Shown here piece by piece: positions 20,408 through 29,647 of a DNA stretch of 64,000 nucleotides (position 1 is the stretch's first letter; every line of letters begins with the position of its first letter). Origin of the DNA: an uncultured Bifidobacterium sp. GTDB lineage: Bacteria > Bacteroidota > Bacteroidia > AKYH767-A > OLB10. The notes beneath the pieces were generated by a model. It was given only the letters and a program-made list of their open reading frames with translations. It ran no database searches and was not told the DNA's origin. Where the stretch lies: positions 4,252-68,251 of the forward strand of contig CAZHSC010000003.1 of assembly GCA_964534995.1 (NCBI GenBank). The letters are read 5' to 3'. A program made the translations under genes and the position numbers.

Positions 20408-22032
20408 TAATAAGAAACGCAATACCCTTATTCCTGTTGGGCTTGTCTGTGTTCTCCTGTTCGCCCGGACCAATAGCGGATGCGGTATATTATAATGCCA
20501 GGGTATATACTGTTGACAGCGTTTTTACTGTTCATGAAGCACTGGCCGTGAAAGACGGGCGAATCTTCGCTACCGGAAGCACAGTGGAACTCCTGCAGTT
20601 AAAGGCAACTCAGAAAATTGACCTGGAAGGTAAAGCGGTGTATCCAGGCTTTTATGATGCGCATTGCCATTTTTACGGATATGGCGTCGATCTTAAAAAA
20701 ATATGGCTCATTGGCACAAAATCTTTTGAAGATATACTGGATACACTGTATGCTAAGAAAGAACAGCGCTTTATGGGATGGATCTTTGGAAGAGGCTGGG
20801 ATCAGAATGACTGGGAAGTAAAGGAGTATCCGGATAAGGTGAAACTTGATTCCATGTTTCCTGATATTCCTGTTTTCCTGATGCGTATTGACGGTCACGC
20901 CGCGCTTGTAAATTCAAAAGCCCTTGCCATAGCAGGTATTACGGCCGGAACACGGGTGGAAGGCGGGGAGGTCGGATTGAAAAACGGTAAACTGAGTGGT
21001 CTCCTTATTGATAATGCGGTAGACCTTGTCAAAGATAAAATACCGGTTCCGGGTCCTGCGGAACTTGCGGAAGCCCTGCTGGCAGCGCAGAAGAACTGCT
21101 TGGAAAAAGGTCTTACCACTGTGGTTGATGCCGGGCTCGATGTACCGGTGATATTGCTGATTGACAGCCTGCACAAATCCGGTAAGCTTACCATAAGGAT
21201 GAATGCAATGGTAAGTTATAAACCGGCTAACGTGTTGTATTACCGTAAACACGGCAGGTACAAAAGCGAACGACTCAATGTACGTTCATTCAAATTGTAT
21301 GCGGATGGTGCGCTCGGCTCACGTGGCGCCTGCCTCCTGCACCCTTATTCCGATTTGCCCGGCCATTACGGCTTTTTATTGAGCCACCCCGACTCCGTTA
21401 AAGTCGCGGCTCGTACCGCTGCGGAAACGGGTTTTCAGCTGAATACGCATTGTATTGGGGATTCTGCCAACAGGTTATTGTTGCATGTTTACAGCGATGT
21501 ACTCAAAGGAAAAAATGATTTTCGCTGGCGCATTGAACATGCACAGTTGATACACCCGTCTGACTTTCATCTGTTTCATGATTTCTCCATCATTCCATCT
21601 GTGCAGCCGACACATGCTACCAGTGATATGTATTGGGCCGGCGACAGAGTGGGTGAGGAACGGATTAAAAGCGCTTATGCCTACAAAGAGTTGCTCCGGC
21701 AAAGTGGAAGGATAGCAACAGGTTCTGATTTTCCTGTTGAAGACATCAATCCTCTTTTTGGATTTTATGCAGCCGTTGCCCGTAAAGATCAAAAATTATA
21801 TCCTGAAAATGGATTTAACAAATCCCAGTCGCTTACACGTAAGGAAGCCCTGCGTGCAATGACATGCTGGGCTGCGTATGCATGTTTTGAGGAGGAGGAA
21901 AAAGGAAGTCTTGAAGAAGGGAAGTGGGCTGATTTTGTGGTGCTGGATAAGGATATGATGACAGCACCTGAAAATGAATTGTTCGGTATTAAAGTACTGA
22001 ATACATTTATCGGTGGTGTAAAAGTGTACTGA
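20404..22032 (+). CDS. amidohydrolase-family metal-dependent hydrolase, lipoprotein
   Basis: Lipobox-like signal (LSVFSCSPG). Metal-binding HxH (YDAHCHFYG). Length and C-terminal motifs fit Amidohydro_3. Confidence 0.75.
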   Translation: MIIRNAIPLFLLGLSVFSCSPGPIADAVYYNARVYTVDSVFTVHEALAVKDGRIFATGSTVELLQLKATQKIDLEGKAVYPGFYDAHCHFYGYGVDLKKIWLIGTKSFEDILDTLYAKKEQRFMGWIFGRGWDQNDWEVKEYPDKVKLDSMFPDIPVFLMRIDGHAALVNSKALAIAGITAGTRVEGGEVGLKNGKLSGLLIDNAVDLVKDKIPVPGPAELAEALLAAQKNCLEKGLTTVVDAGLDVPVILLIDSLHKSGKLTIRMNAMVSYKPANVLYYRKHGRYKSERLNVRSFKLYADGALGSRGACLLHPYSDLPGHYGFLLSHPDSVKVAARTAAETGFQLNTHCIGDSANRLLLHVYSDVLKGKNDFRWRIEHAQLIHPSDFHLFHDFSIIPSVQPTHATSDMYWAGDRVGEERIKSAYAYKELLRQSGRIATGSDFPVEDINPLFGFYAAVARKDQKLYPENGFNKSQSLTRKEALRAMTCWAAYACFEEEEKGSLEEGKWADFVVLDKDMMTAPENELFGIKVLNTFIGGVKVY

Positions 22033-22087
22033 TACTCATCCCGGCCTATCAAACGGAGCGTTTCGGTAATTTAATTGATGAAATGAA

Positions 22088-22483
22088 ATGACAATGAATT
22101 TACTGCATACCGAAATCATTTTATACGTTACTAATCAACAACACAGTGCCGCTTTTTATTCAGTAATTCTTTGCCGGCAACCCGTACTTAATGTTCCGGG
22201 TATGACGGAGTTTCAATTATCTGATACCTGTAAATTGGGTTTGATGCCCAATGAAAGTATAGCAAAGTTGCTGAAGCCGGTACTGCCGGATCCCGGAAAA
22301 GGACTGGGGATTCCGCGATGCGAATTGTATTGGTTGGTGACCGATATTCAGGCAGCATCCTTGTTGGCTCAATCTGTCAATGCAAAAATGGTAAGCCCTG
22401 CGGAAGTTCGCGATTGGGGCCATCGGGTAGTTTATTTCGCCGATCCGGATGGACATGTGATTGCTTTTGCGCAAGAAGTTTAA
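22088..22483 (+). CDS. VOC / glyoxalase-family protein
   Basis: 131 aa with two beta-alpha-beta-beta-beta modules. C-terminus (HRVVYFADPDGHVIAF) is typical of the glyoxalase fold. Confidence 0.7.
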   Translation: MTMNLLHTEIILYVTNQQHSAAFYSVILCRQPVLNVPGMTEFQLSDTCKLGLMPNESIAKLLKPVLPDPGKGLGIPRCELYWLVTDIQAASLLAQSVNAKMVSPAEVRDWGHRVVYFADPDGHVIAFAQEV

Positions 22484-22669
22484 TCAACAGTGATTGCATT
22501 GGAGGATTCATTCCATCCCAGCGAAATGGTGGACTGTATTTACCTGCTCTGATTTTTTAAGATGAATGCAACAAAATGGACATTGCACAAGTCCTGTTCA
22601 AATAGCCGTATAAGCCGGCATTCGCTGCCAAAATATTTTTTGATGGCAACAGGCGTTAAGACTAAGGTG

Positions 22670-23863
22670 CTACTCAGAACTTTTTAACTGCTCTATTTTT
22701 TCAAGCAGCAGTAACGATTGTTTATAGTCAATAGCCTTTTCCTTCGCAAGTACTATAGTATGCTGACAGGCTTCAAGAGCGGCTTCTTTTTTACCCATCT
22801 TAAAGCAAAGGGAAGCCAGGGTATGGTTGTTTTTTATGTTGTCCTGGATACTCACTGCTTTTCTGGCCCATGTTTCGGCTTTTGCAAGAAGTTCTTTGTT
22901 TGTTATGCGTTCATAAAAGTTGTAAGCTACTTCATTAAGGCGACGGTAATCATCTGCGCAATATTTTTCGATGAAGGGAACAGCTTCCTCCTGGTAATTT
23001 TTCCAGTCCGATCGCATCTTATGCCGGTTGAGGGAGGCATAGGCAATGATTTTTTCCGACAGGTCCAACCCCGATTTCCGAAGTTTTTCAATCATGTTGG
23101 CATAACCAAGGGTGTCGAGTTTTTGTACCCTCGTCATTAATGCTGTATTGTACAGTGAAATTATCTTATTCTCTATACTATCGGCAGTGTATATCCGGGC
23201 GTACTCCGCACGAAGTGCCATCACTCTTTGAAAAGCGGCCATCTCAACTTCTCGGAACATATCGTACATAATTCTCCAGTTTTCGTATTTCAAAAGCTCC
23301 GCATCCGACAAGCCGGACAGGTAACCGTTGATTGTAACCTGGTTGTCAAGCCCGGCCTTTTCCAGCATTTTCATATAGGTGCTGATCTCTTCCATGTTGG
23401 CCGTTTTGTCAAAATATTTCCGTTCAAAGGTCCTGAGTTGTTTGGTGCTGTCCAGGGCGTCTTTGCCCAATTGGAGAAACTCTGGCGAGTATTTACGGCC
23501 TGCGGAACGGTGCATCATTACCGCGTTGTTAAAGTCGAAAAAAACATGGGTTGGAAAATTTTTTATCCGTATTTTTTTGTTGAATTCACGGCCTTCTTTC
23601 TCCATATCCATTTTAATGCAAACAAAATATTTATTGTAAAAGTCGGCCACTGCCGGGTCGGTATATACGCTGTCATTCATAAATTCACAATAATGGCACC
23701 AGGAGGCGTATGCGTGCAGGAAGATGGGCTTTTTTTCGGCTTTTGAAACGCTTATGGCTTCATCAAATGAAATCGCGCGAAAGCGGATACCGTTTTTTTC
23801 TCCGGTCTGCGATAATACTATAAGCGGTAACAGCAGTAATGCAAGCAGGGTGATTTTTTTCAT
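22670..23863 (-). CDS. secreted thioredoxin-fold (DUF255-like) protein with C-terminal TPR-like helical repeats
   Basis: Start adjusted to the internal Met, which gives a signal peptide (MKKITLLALLLLPLIVLSQ). Thioredoxin-like motif (LHAYASWCHYCEFM). Helical repeat C-terminus. Confidence 0.6.
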   Translation of the reverse strand: MKKITLLALLLLPLIVLSQTGEKNGIRFRAISFDEAISVSKAEKKPIFLHAYASWCHYCEFMNDSVYTDPAVADFYNKYFVCIKMDMEKEGREFNKKIRIKNFPTHVFFDFNNAVMMHRSAGRKYSPEFLQLGKDALDSTKQLRTFERKYFDKTANMEEISTYMKMLEKAGLDNQVTINGYLSGLSDAELLKYENWRIMYDMFREVEMAAFQRVMALRAEYARIYTADSIENKIISLYNTALMTRVQKLDTLGYANMIEKLRKSGLDLSEKIIAYASLNRHKMRSDWKNYQEEAVPFIEKYCADDYRRLNEVAYNFYERITNKELLAKAETWARKAVSIQDNIKNNHTLASLCFKMGKKEAALEACQHTIVLAKEKAIDYKQSLLLLEKIEQLKSSE

Positions 23864-23928
23864 GGGGATTATGAATAACAAATATATTAATTCAGGGCGA
23901 GTGCTGTATGATGAATGTATGAATGCCT

Positions 23929-24549
23929 TTAATGGCCGTTGCTGGGTATCAGGCAATAGGGGAGTTGCCAGTCGTTCGCACCGCGCTTGTCAGTTTGTAC
24001 GGCATTGCCCTCACAGTCACAGAGGACTCCGTTGCTGTCTCTTTTCATGATTTTCATTTTTCCTTCGGTCACTGCCTGAACCACCATTTCCCTGATGTCT
24101 GCCAAAGGATGGTGCTTGCTGGCAAGGGCAATCTGTAATCCTGCTTCGTTGTTGTGCAGGTCCATCATGACTGCGGTTGCATCTTGTAAAGCGCCGTCTT
24201 CTTTTTTCCCTTTTTTAAAATCCCTGTAATTTCCTTTTTCATGTGCCTGCCCCAGTTTCCTGGCCGCTTTGCAGCCTATTTCCCGGCCAAGACAGGCCAT
24301 CCAGTATGCATGCCGGAAAGCGTCCAGCATGCCCCCGTGCTCAAAACTGTCGAGTGCCGGATGATGTACCATACGTTTACTTTCCTCCCTTGCTTCGCGG
24401 CTAATGCGATAGGCTTTTTTCGCTTTTAAAAGATGTGTGATGGTCCAGCATTTCTCCGCAGCACTCAGTCTGAAAAATTCTTTCAAAGGCTGTTGGCCTG
24501 ATGTTGGAAAGTAGATGAGCAGGATAAAAAAAAGGAACCGGTATTTCAT
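23929..24549 (-). CDS. secreted hypothetical protein (HHP...RHAYW...DLHNNEAG motifs)
   Basis: Signal peptide (MKYRFLFFILLIYFPTSGQ). Conserved-looking His/Asp-containing motifs of unassigned family. 4-nt overlap with the upstream partner. Confidence 0.4.
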   Translation of the reverse strand: MKYRFLFFILLIYFPTSGQQPLKEFFRLSAAEKCWTITHLLKAKKAYRISREAREESKRMVHHPALDSFEHGGMLDAFRHAYWMACLGREIGCKAARKLGQAHEKGNYRDFKKGKKEDGALQDATAVMMDLHNNEAGLQIALASKHHPLADIREMVVQAVTEGKMKIMKRDSNGVLCDCEGNAVQTDKRGANDWQLPYCLIPSNGH

Positions 24550-24998
24550 CGCAGGGAATGAAACATCATCGCCTTGGCAAAAGCAAACCCAAAAAACTGT
24601 AATTGTTCCTGCTTGTTATCGGTCTCGCCGGCAAGGCTGATCCTGAATTTGTCCCATAGGGATTCGGGTGCATCAAGTGTTGGAATGCAATAGTATTCCG
24701 GCGCTCCCCTGAGTTTGGTGTAAACCATGATGATGGCGCAGGGCTTCATTTCGCCGGGGCGGTACAGTCCTTTGAAAGACGCTTTGCGCTCAGCATACTC
24801 GTACTCGCTGATGTCTTTTACCTTGTAGCCCCCTTTTAATTCAACCCCCATCTGCATAAACATTTTATAACCTACGGAGCCCATCACATATTCATCCTCG
24901 GTGGTGGGTGAAATTTTTTGTTCCTGCCCGTATGAATAGGTGAATATAGCCGTTGAAATCAGTAAGATTATCAGGGCCTTTGCGCTTGTTTTTATCAT
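24546..24998 (-). CDS. small secreted hypothetical protein
   Basis: Signal peptide (ALIILLISTAIFTYSYGQ). Translationally coupled to 23929..24549. Confidence 0.4.
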   Translation of the reverse strand: MIKTSAKALIILLISTAIFTYSYGQEQKISPTTEDEYVMGSVGYKMFMQMGVELKGGYKVKDISEYEYAERKASFKGLYRPGEMKPCAIIMVYTKLRGAPEYYCIPTLDAPESLWDKFRISLAGETDNKQEQLQFFGFAFAKAMMFHSLR

Positions 24999-25117
24999 TT
25001 TTCCGGTTATTTTTACAAAGTTAAAGAACCAGGGTGGTCCTGTCCAAATTAAATAAGTTGATTTGAACGATCCCTTCGCTTCCCATTATAGTTATCCAAC
25101 TTAAAAACACTAGTACA

Positions 25118-26011
25118 ATGGCACCAAAAACCGTTGAACTGGCCCGTTTAGGATCCATTGTTGTAGAGAAGAAGTACGGCATGACCTATGATGAATTCGC
25201 TAAAATGCATTTGTTTCCTCTCCAGCCCGTGGTTTTTGGCGACGCTACCAGAAATTGGGCCGCCCGGGAGAAATTTACCCCTGAATTTTTTAAGAAACAT
25301 TACAGCAATCGAAATGTACGTGTGCAGGGAAAGGATTTTACATTGGGGTAGTACATCGACCTGATGGTGGTGTCAACGGAGGAAAATCCTACTCCTTACC
25401 CCTGTAAATTGCAGGTAATGAGTGAATATCCGGAACTCTTGCCAGACATCAGCCCCCGTTATAGTTTTGCTTTGCCTGACCGGACACACAGCAGAATGCT
25501 GCCGCATGGATTTTTAGGGGGAGCTGATACACTGGAAATTTTTCTGGGATGCCCGGGAGGACAATTCCCTTATATTCACTACGATTACATGGGCTTACAT
25601 GCTTATATCAATCAGCTATACGGGGAGAAAATGTTTACTGTAATTCCTCCGGATCAAACGGCTTATGTGTACCCGGATCCCGACAATCCCTGGAAATCAC
25701 TGGTTGATATTAAAAACCCTGACCTTAATAAATTCCCCCTTTGGTCAAAAGTAACTCCCATATCTTTTGTAGTGGGGCCCGGCGAAACCATGTTCATTCC
25801 CAATGGATGGTGGCATACAGCGTATTCGGTTACACCCACCATTTCCGTGGCACTGGATGTGTTAAATGCATCTAACTGGCCGAGGTTTGTCAATGAAGTG
25901 GATATGATGATGAGCCGGCAAAAACCGCTGAAGGCAAAGATTGCCCATGCCTACCTGTATGCGGCAGGTGCTCTTTTGTCATTTGCCGAAATGCTGGGTA
26001 TAGTTATTTAA
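25118..26011 (+). pseudogene. cupin-8 / JmjC-like oxygenase-fold protein interrupted by an in-frame TAG (25349..25351)
   Basis: ORFs 25118..25351 and 25364..26011 are in the same frame. The N-terminal part has a typical Cupin_8 start (EFAKMHLFPLQPVVFGDATRNWAAREKFTPEFF). The C-terminal part has the double-stranded beta-helix core (GETMFIPNGWWHTAYS). One TAG separates them. Confidence 0.6.
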
Positions 26012-26103
26012 ATGATTTTATTACTGGTCGCCTGACTGGGTGTTGCTTCACTACGGGGATATTCCCGTTGCAGTGACGTTCATGGATCATGAAAACCGGA
26101 TCA

Positions 26104-26607
26104 TTACACTTTTACTTTGACATGGGTCCAGGGCTTTATCTGCCACTCAATGGTTCCGCTGCAGATGTGCTTGTTTTCAGCATCGTACACTGCAACAGAA
26201 TACTGCCTCAGTAATGCTTCTTCCGCTTCGAGCCTTGATTTAATAATTGCTGTTTCCTCCGGGCTTATTCCGAATTCGGCGCTAACCGCGCACTTACCCT
26301 GATAATGGTATTCCATATGGATCGACTTCAGAATAAGCCGGTATTGTTCCGGCGGAAGGGCGCGCGCCAGGCTGAGCCCGCTGACATACTCGCACAAGGT
26401 GGCCAGCGCGCAGGCATGAATGCCATTGATATGGTTTTTATTTTTTCGGATATACGGAGCAGTTATTACCAGGCTTTGTTCTTTAACATGAGTGATGTTA
26501 AATTGATGTGGCCCGTTGAAGGGAATCATCCGTCGCAGTGCAAAATTGAGCAGATAGCGCGAGGTGCGGGAGGTTTTTGCTTTTTCCAGCAGCGTTTGTA
26601 ATCGCAT
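26104..26607 (-). CDS. hotdog-fold thioesterase (PaaI/DUF4442-like)
   Basis: 167 aa with a hotdog-fold core (INGIHACALATLCEYVSGLS). Confidence 0.55.
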   Translation of the reverse strand: MRLQTLLEKAKTSRTSRYLLNFALRRMIPFNGPHQFNITHVKEQSLVITAPYIRKNKNHINGIHACALATLCEYVSGLSLARALPPEQYRLILKSIHMEYHYQGKCAVSAEFGISPEETAIIKSRLEAEEALLRQYSVAVYDAENKHICSGTIEWQIKPWTHVKVKV

Positions 26608-26684
26608 GGGCGTGGCGCTTTTCAGGTTTGAGGTGGATGAGATTACGGCAAGGTTCAGGCAGGCCGTGTCTTAATGAATTTATT

Positions 26685-27713
26685 TCAGGTAGTCGCTTCA
26701 GCGTTTCGTTGGTACATACCTGTTAGCTCCTGCATCGATGCTTCCAGTTCTTCACTCAGGCGTTCTATGATTTCCTCGCAGGAAATGATATCGGAAATGA
26801 GTTCAACACTTTGTCCGGCTGCCCATAGGTTATTGTAATTTCCGGGTTTAACGGCTTTTTCAAATTTCCCCATCCCTTTTAGTTGTACGAGCATTTTAAA
26901 ATATTTTTTGGTGCTGGGATGATTGCTCATCCACCTTTCAAAGGGGTTTTGCCGGGGCCCGATTTTCTTAGCATAGGGGGTGCTGATAACTGCGCAGGGG
27001 GTTCCTGATATACGGTCAGTCATCATGATGTCGCCCATGCCTGAATTTACAATCGCGTTTTTATATTCATCGCTCACCCGGGCTTCTGTTGACGCGATAA
27101 AACGTGTGCCGATACTTACTCCGGCGGCTCCCAGTGCCAGCGCCGAGAGTATTCCTGCTCCGGTGGCAATACCGCCTGCTGCAATGACGGGGATGTGCGG
27201 ATATGCTTTTAGGAGCGCCGGTACAAGAACACTCTGAGGAAAGGGCCCCGCATGCCCACCAGCTCCCTGCGACACGGCAATAAATCCATCGCACTTTAAT
27301 CCCGCGCATTTTTCAGCATGTTCAAGGTTGGTGACATCGCAAAATACCTTCGCCCCGTAACTGTGTGCCGCGGTAATTACTTCTGCGGGATTTCCCAGGC
27401 TGGTAATGTAAAAGGGAACTTTTGCAGCGACACACTGCTCCAGGTGGGTTTTGTAAAGCGGGTTCGTTTGCTGTACAATGAGATTAACCCCATAACTGCC
27501 CCTGCAGTTGTTTTCTTCTTTATATCGGTTGAGGTTTTCCAGTAATGTTTTCAGTTCCCCCTCTTTCCGGAAATTTAACGTGGGAAACGTTCCGATGATG
27601 CCTGAACGCATGGCACTCTTCATCATGGCTTCGTTGGATACAAGGAACATGGGAGCCATGATGACGGGAACCCTTAAATTGTATAAACGACTGAATTCTG
27701 TTGCAAATGGCAT
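26685..27713 (-). CDS. NAD(P)H-dependent flavin oxidoreductase, nitronate monooxygenase/FabK-like
   Basis: 342 aa TIM-barrel FMN enzyme. GGIATGAGILSALALGAAGVSIGTRF is typical of the NMO/FabK family. Confidence 0.75.
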   Translation of the reverse strand: MPFATEFSRLYNLRVPVIMAPMFLVSNEAMMKSAMRSGIIGTFPTLNFRKEGELKTLLENLNRYKEENNCRGSYGVNLIVQQTNPLYKTHLEQCVAAKVPFYITSLGNPAEVITAAHSYGAKVFCDVTNLEHAEKCAGLKCDGFIAVSQGAGGHAGPFPQSVLVPALLKAYPHIPVIAAGGIATGAGILSALALGAAGVSIGTRFIASTEARVSDEYKNAIVNSGMGDIMMTDRISGTPCAVISTPYAKKIGPRQNPFERWMSNHPSTKKYFKMLVQLKGMGKFEKAVKPGNYNNLWAAGQSVELISDIISCEEIIERLSEELEASMQELTGMYQRNAEATT

Positions 27714-27758
27714 TTTCTTTTTTCTTTAGTCCGCATTTCGGAAATTACCGTAGCGTCA

Positions 27759-27766
27759 GTATATTT
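27759..27766 (+). promoter_or_regulatory. candidate -7 box TATATTTG upstream of the acyl-CoA synthetase gene
   Basis: Perfect TAnnTTTG match 27 nt upstream of the ATG at 27793. Confidence 0.3.
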
Positions 27767-27792
27767 GACCTAAAGCTAAATCATTTCAGATT

Positions 27793-29565
27793 ATGTCCGT
27801 AACCCGTTTGTTCGACTTATTAGATCGCTATCGTGAATTGTATGCTGACAAGCCGGATGCGCTTGCCTCTAAAGTTAACGGGCAATGGCAAACGGTAAGC
27901 GCGCTTGAATTTATCAAACAGGCTGAACTGCTTGCTTATGGCTTGCTGGCGCTGGGAGTGAAAAAAGGGGATAAGATCGCTACCTTGAGTAACAACCGTC
28001 CCGAGTGGAATTTTCTTGATATGGGCATGATGATGGCCGGCTGCATCCACGTACCCGTTTATCCGACCATAAGTGCCGAAGATTTGCGTTTTATTTTTCA
28101 TGATGCAGAAGTAAAATTTGTGTTTGTTTCAAGCGCTGAGCTATGGGAAAAAGTGGAGCTGGTTGTGCAGGATATGCCGGGGGTGAAGGGAATGTATTGC
28201 TTTGACCATATTCCCGGTAAGACCCATTGGACGGAAGTTACGGAGCTTGGAAGCGCAAAGCCGGATCCGCATCAGGTACAGGGAATTTGTGAAGGCATTC
28301 AGACAAATGACCTGGCTACCCTCTTGTATACCAGCGGCACAACCGGTTTTCCCAAGGGGGTCATGTTGTCGCACAACAATATTATCAGTCAGTTGCTTGC
28401 AGCACAAGACCTCGCTCCGGTTGACAGAAACAGCAGGGCGCTCAGTTTTCTTCCGCTCAACCATGTGTATGAAAGGGTACTTAGTTATTTGTATATGTAT
28501 CTTGGTGTGAGTATTTATTATGCCGAAAGTATAGATAAGGTAGCCGATAATCTGAAGGAAGTGCAACCTGAAATATTCGGATGTGTACCGCGGCTTTTTG
28601 AAAAAGTGTATGACCGTATCATAGCCAAAGGTACAGAACTGACAGGGCTGAAGAAGAAATTATTTTTTTGGGCAGTCGGGTTGGGACTCAGGTATGAAAT
28701 CAACAATGCCAACGGGCCATGGTATGAATGGCAGCTGAAGATTGCCCGCAGGCTGATCTTCAGTAAATGGCAGGAGGCACTTGGAGGCAGGGTAAAAGCG
28801 GCGGTTTCAGGAGGTGCTGCCTTGCAGCCGAGGCTGGCCCGGGTTTTCTGGGCAGCGGGCATCCCCATCCTGGAGGGATATGGCCTTACGGAAACCAGCC
28901 CTGTTATTACCGTAAATACGCTGAAACCGGGAGGGCTCAGGTTTGGTACAGTCGGAAAACCCATTGATAAGGTAACCCTACGCATAGCCGAAGATGGGGA
29001 GATACTCTGTAAAGGTCCTAATGTGATGCTGGGCTATTATAAGCGCCCTGATCTCACCGCCGAAATGATTGATCAGGACGGTTGGCTCCATACCGGTGAT
29101 ATCGGGGAGATGGAAGAAGGTCTGTATCTTAAAATTACGGACAGGAAGAAGGAAATTTTTAAAACCAGTGGCGGGAAATACATTGTTCCGCAAATCATTG
29201 AAAACAAACTGAAGGAATCACGCTTCATTGAACAGGTGATGGTAATTGGTGAAAACCGCAAATTTGCCGCAGCCCTGATAGTTCCTAACTTTCCTTTTCT
29301 CAAGGAATGGTGTGAACGAAAACAGATTCCTGTTCCTGCTACACATGAAGCGCTCATCAGCATTGAACGGGTGAAGAACCGTGTGATGAAAGAGGTCAAC
29401 GCAGTAAACGAAGGCCTCGGCTCCTATGAAACCATTAAAAAAATAGAATTATTACCGCGCGAATGGAGCATTGATAAAGGAGAGATGACTCCAAAGCTGA
29501 GCCTGAAACGGAAAGTAATTCTTGAAGCAAATAAAGCGCTCATCGACAGAATGTATGCGGAGTAG
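27793..29565 (+). CDS. long-chain fatty-acid--CoA ligase (AMP-dependent synthetase)
   Basis: 590 aa. AMP-binding signature YTSGTTGFPKGVMLSHNN plus GYGLTET and GWLHTGDIG motifs. Confidence 0.85.
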   Translation: MSVTRLFDLLDRYRELYADKPDALASKVNGQWQTVSALEFIKQAELLAYGLLALGVKKGDKIATLSNNRPEWNFLDMGMMMAGCIHVPVYPTISAEDLRFIFHDAEVKFVFVSSAELWEKVELVVQDMPGVKGMYCFDHIPGKTHWTEVTELGSAKPDPHQVQGICEGIQTNDLATLLYTSGTTGFPKGVMLSHNNIISQLLAAQDLAPVDRNSRALSFLPLNHVYERVLSYLYMYLGVSIYYAESIDKVADNLKEVQPEIFGCVPRLFEKVYDRIIAKGTELTGLKKKLFFWAVGLGLRYEINNANGPWYEWQLKIARRLIFSKWQEALGGRVKAAVSGGAALQPRLARVFWAAGIPILEGYGLTETSPVITVNTLKPGGLRFGTVGKPIDKVTLRIAEDGEILCKGPNVMLGYYKRPDLTAEMIDQDGWLHTGDIGEMEEGLYLKITDRKKEIFKTSGGKYIVPQIIENKLKESRFIEQVMVIGENRKFAAALIVPNFPFLKEWCERKQIPVPATHEALISIERVKNRVMKEVNAVNEGLGSYETIKKIELLPREWSIDKGEMTPKLSLKRKVILEANKALIDRMYAE

Positions 29566-29647
29566 GAAAAGAAAGCCTTGCACCGTTACGGTGTTTTATT
29601 CTTTCTCCCGCGATAAAGGTCCGTGCAGGAGGTATTGGTAACCGGAA

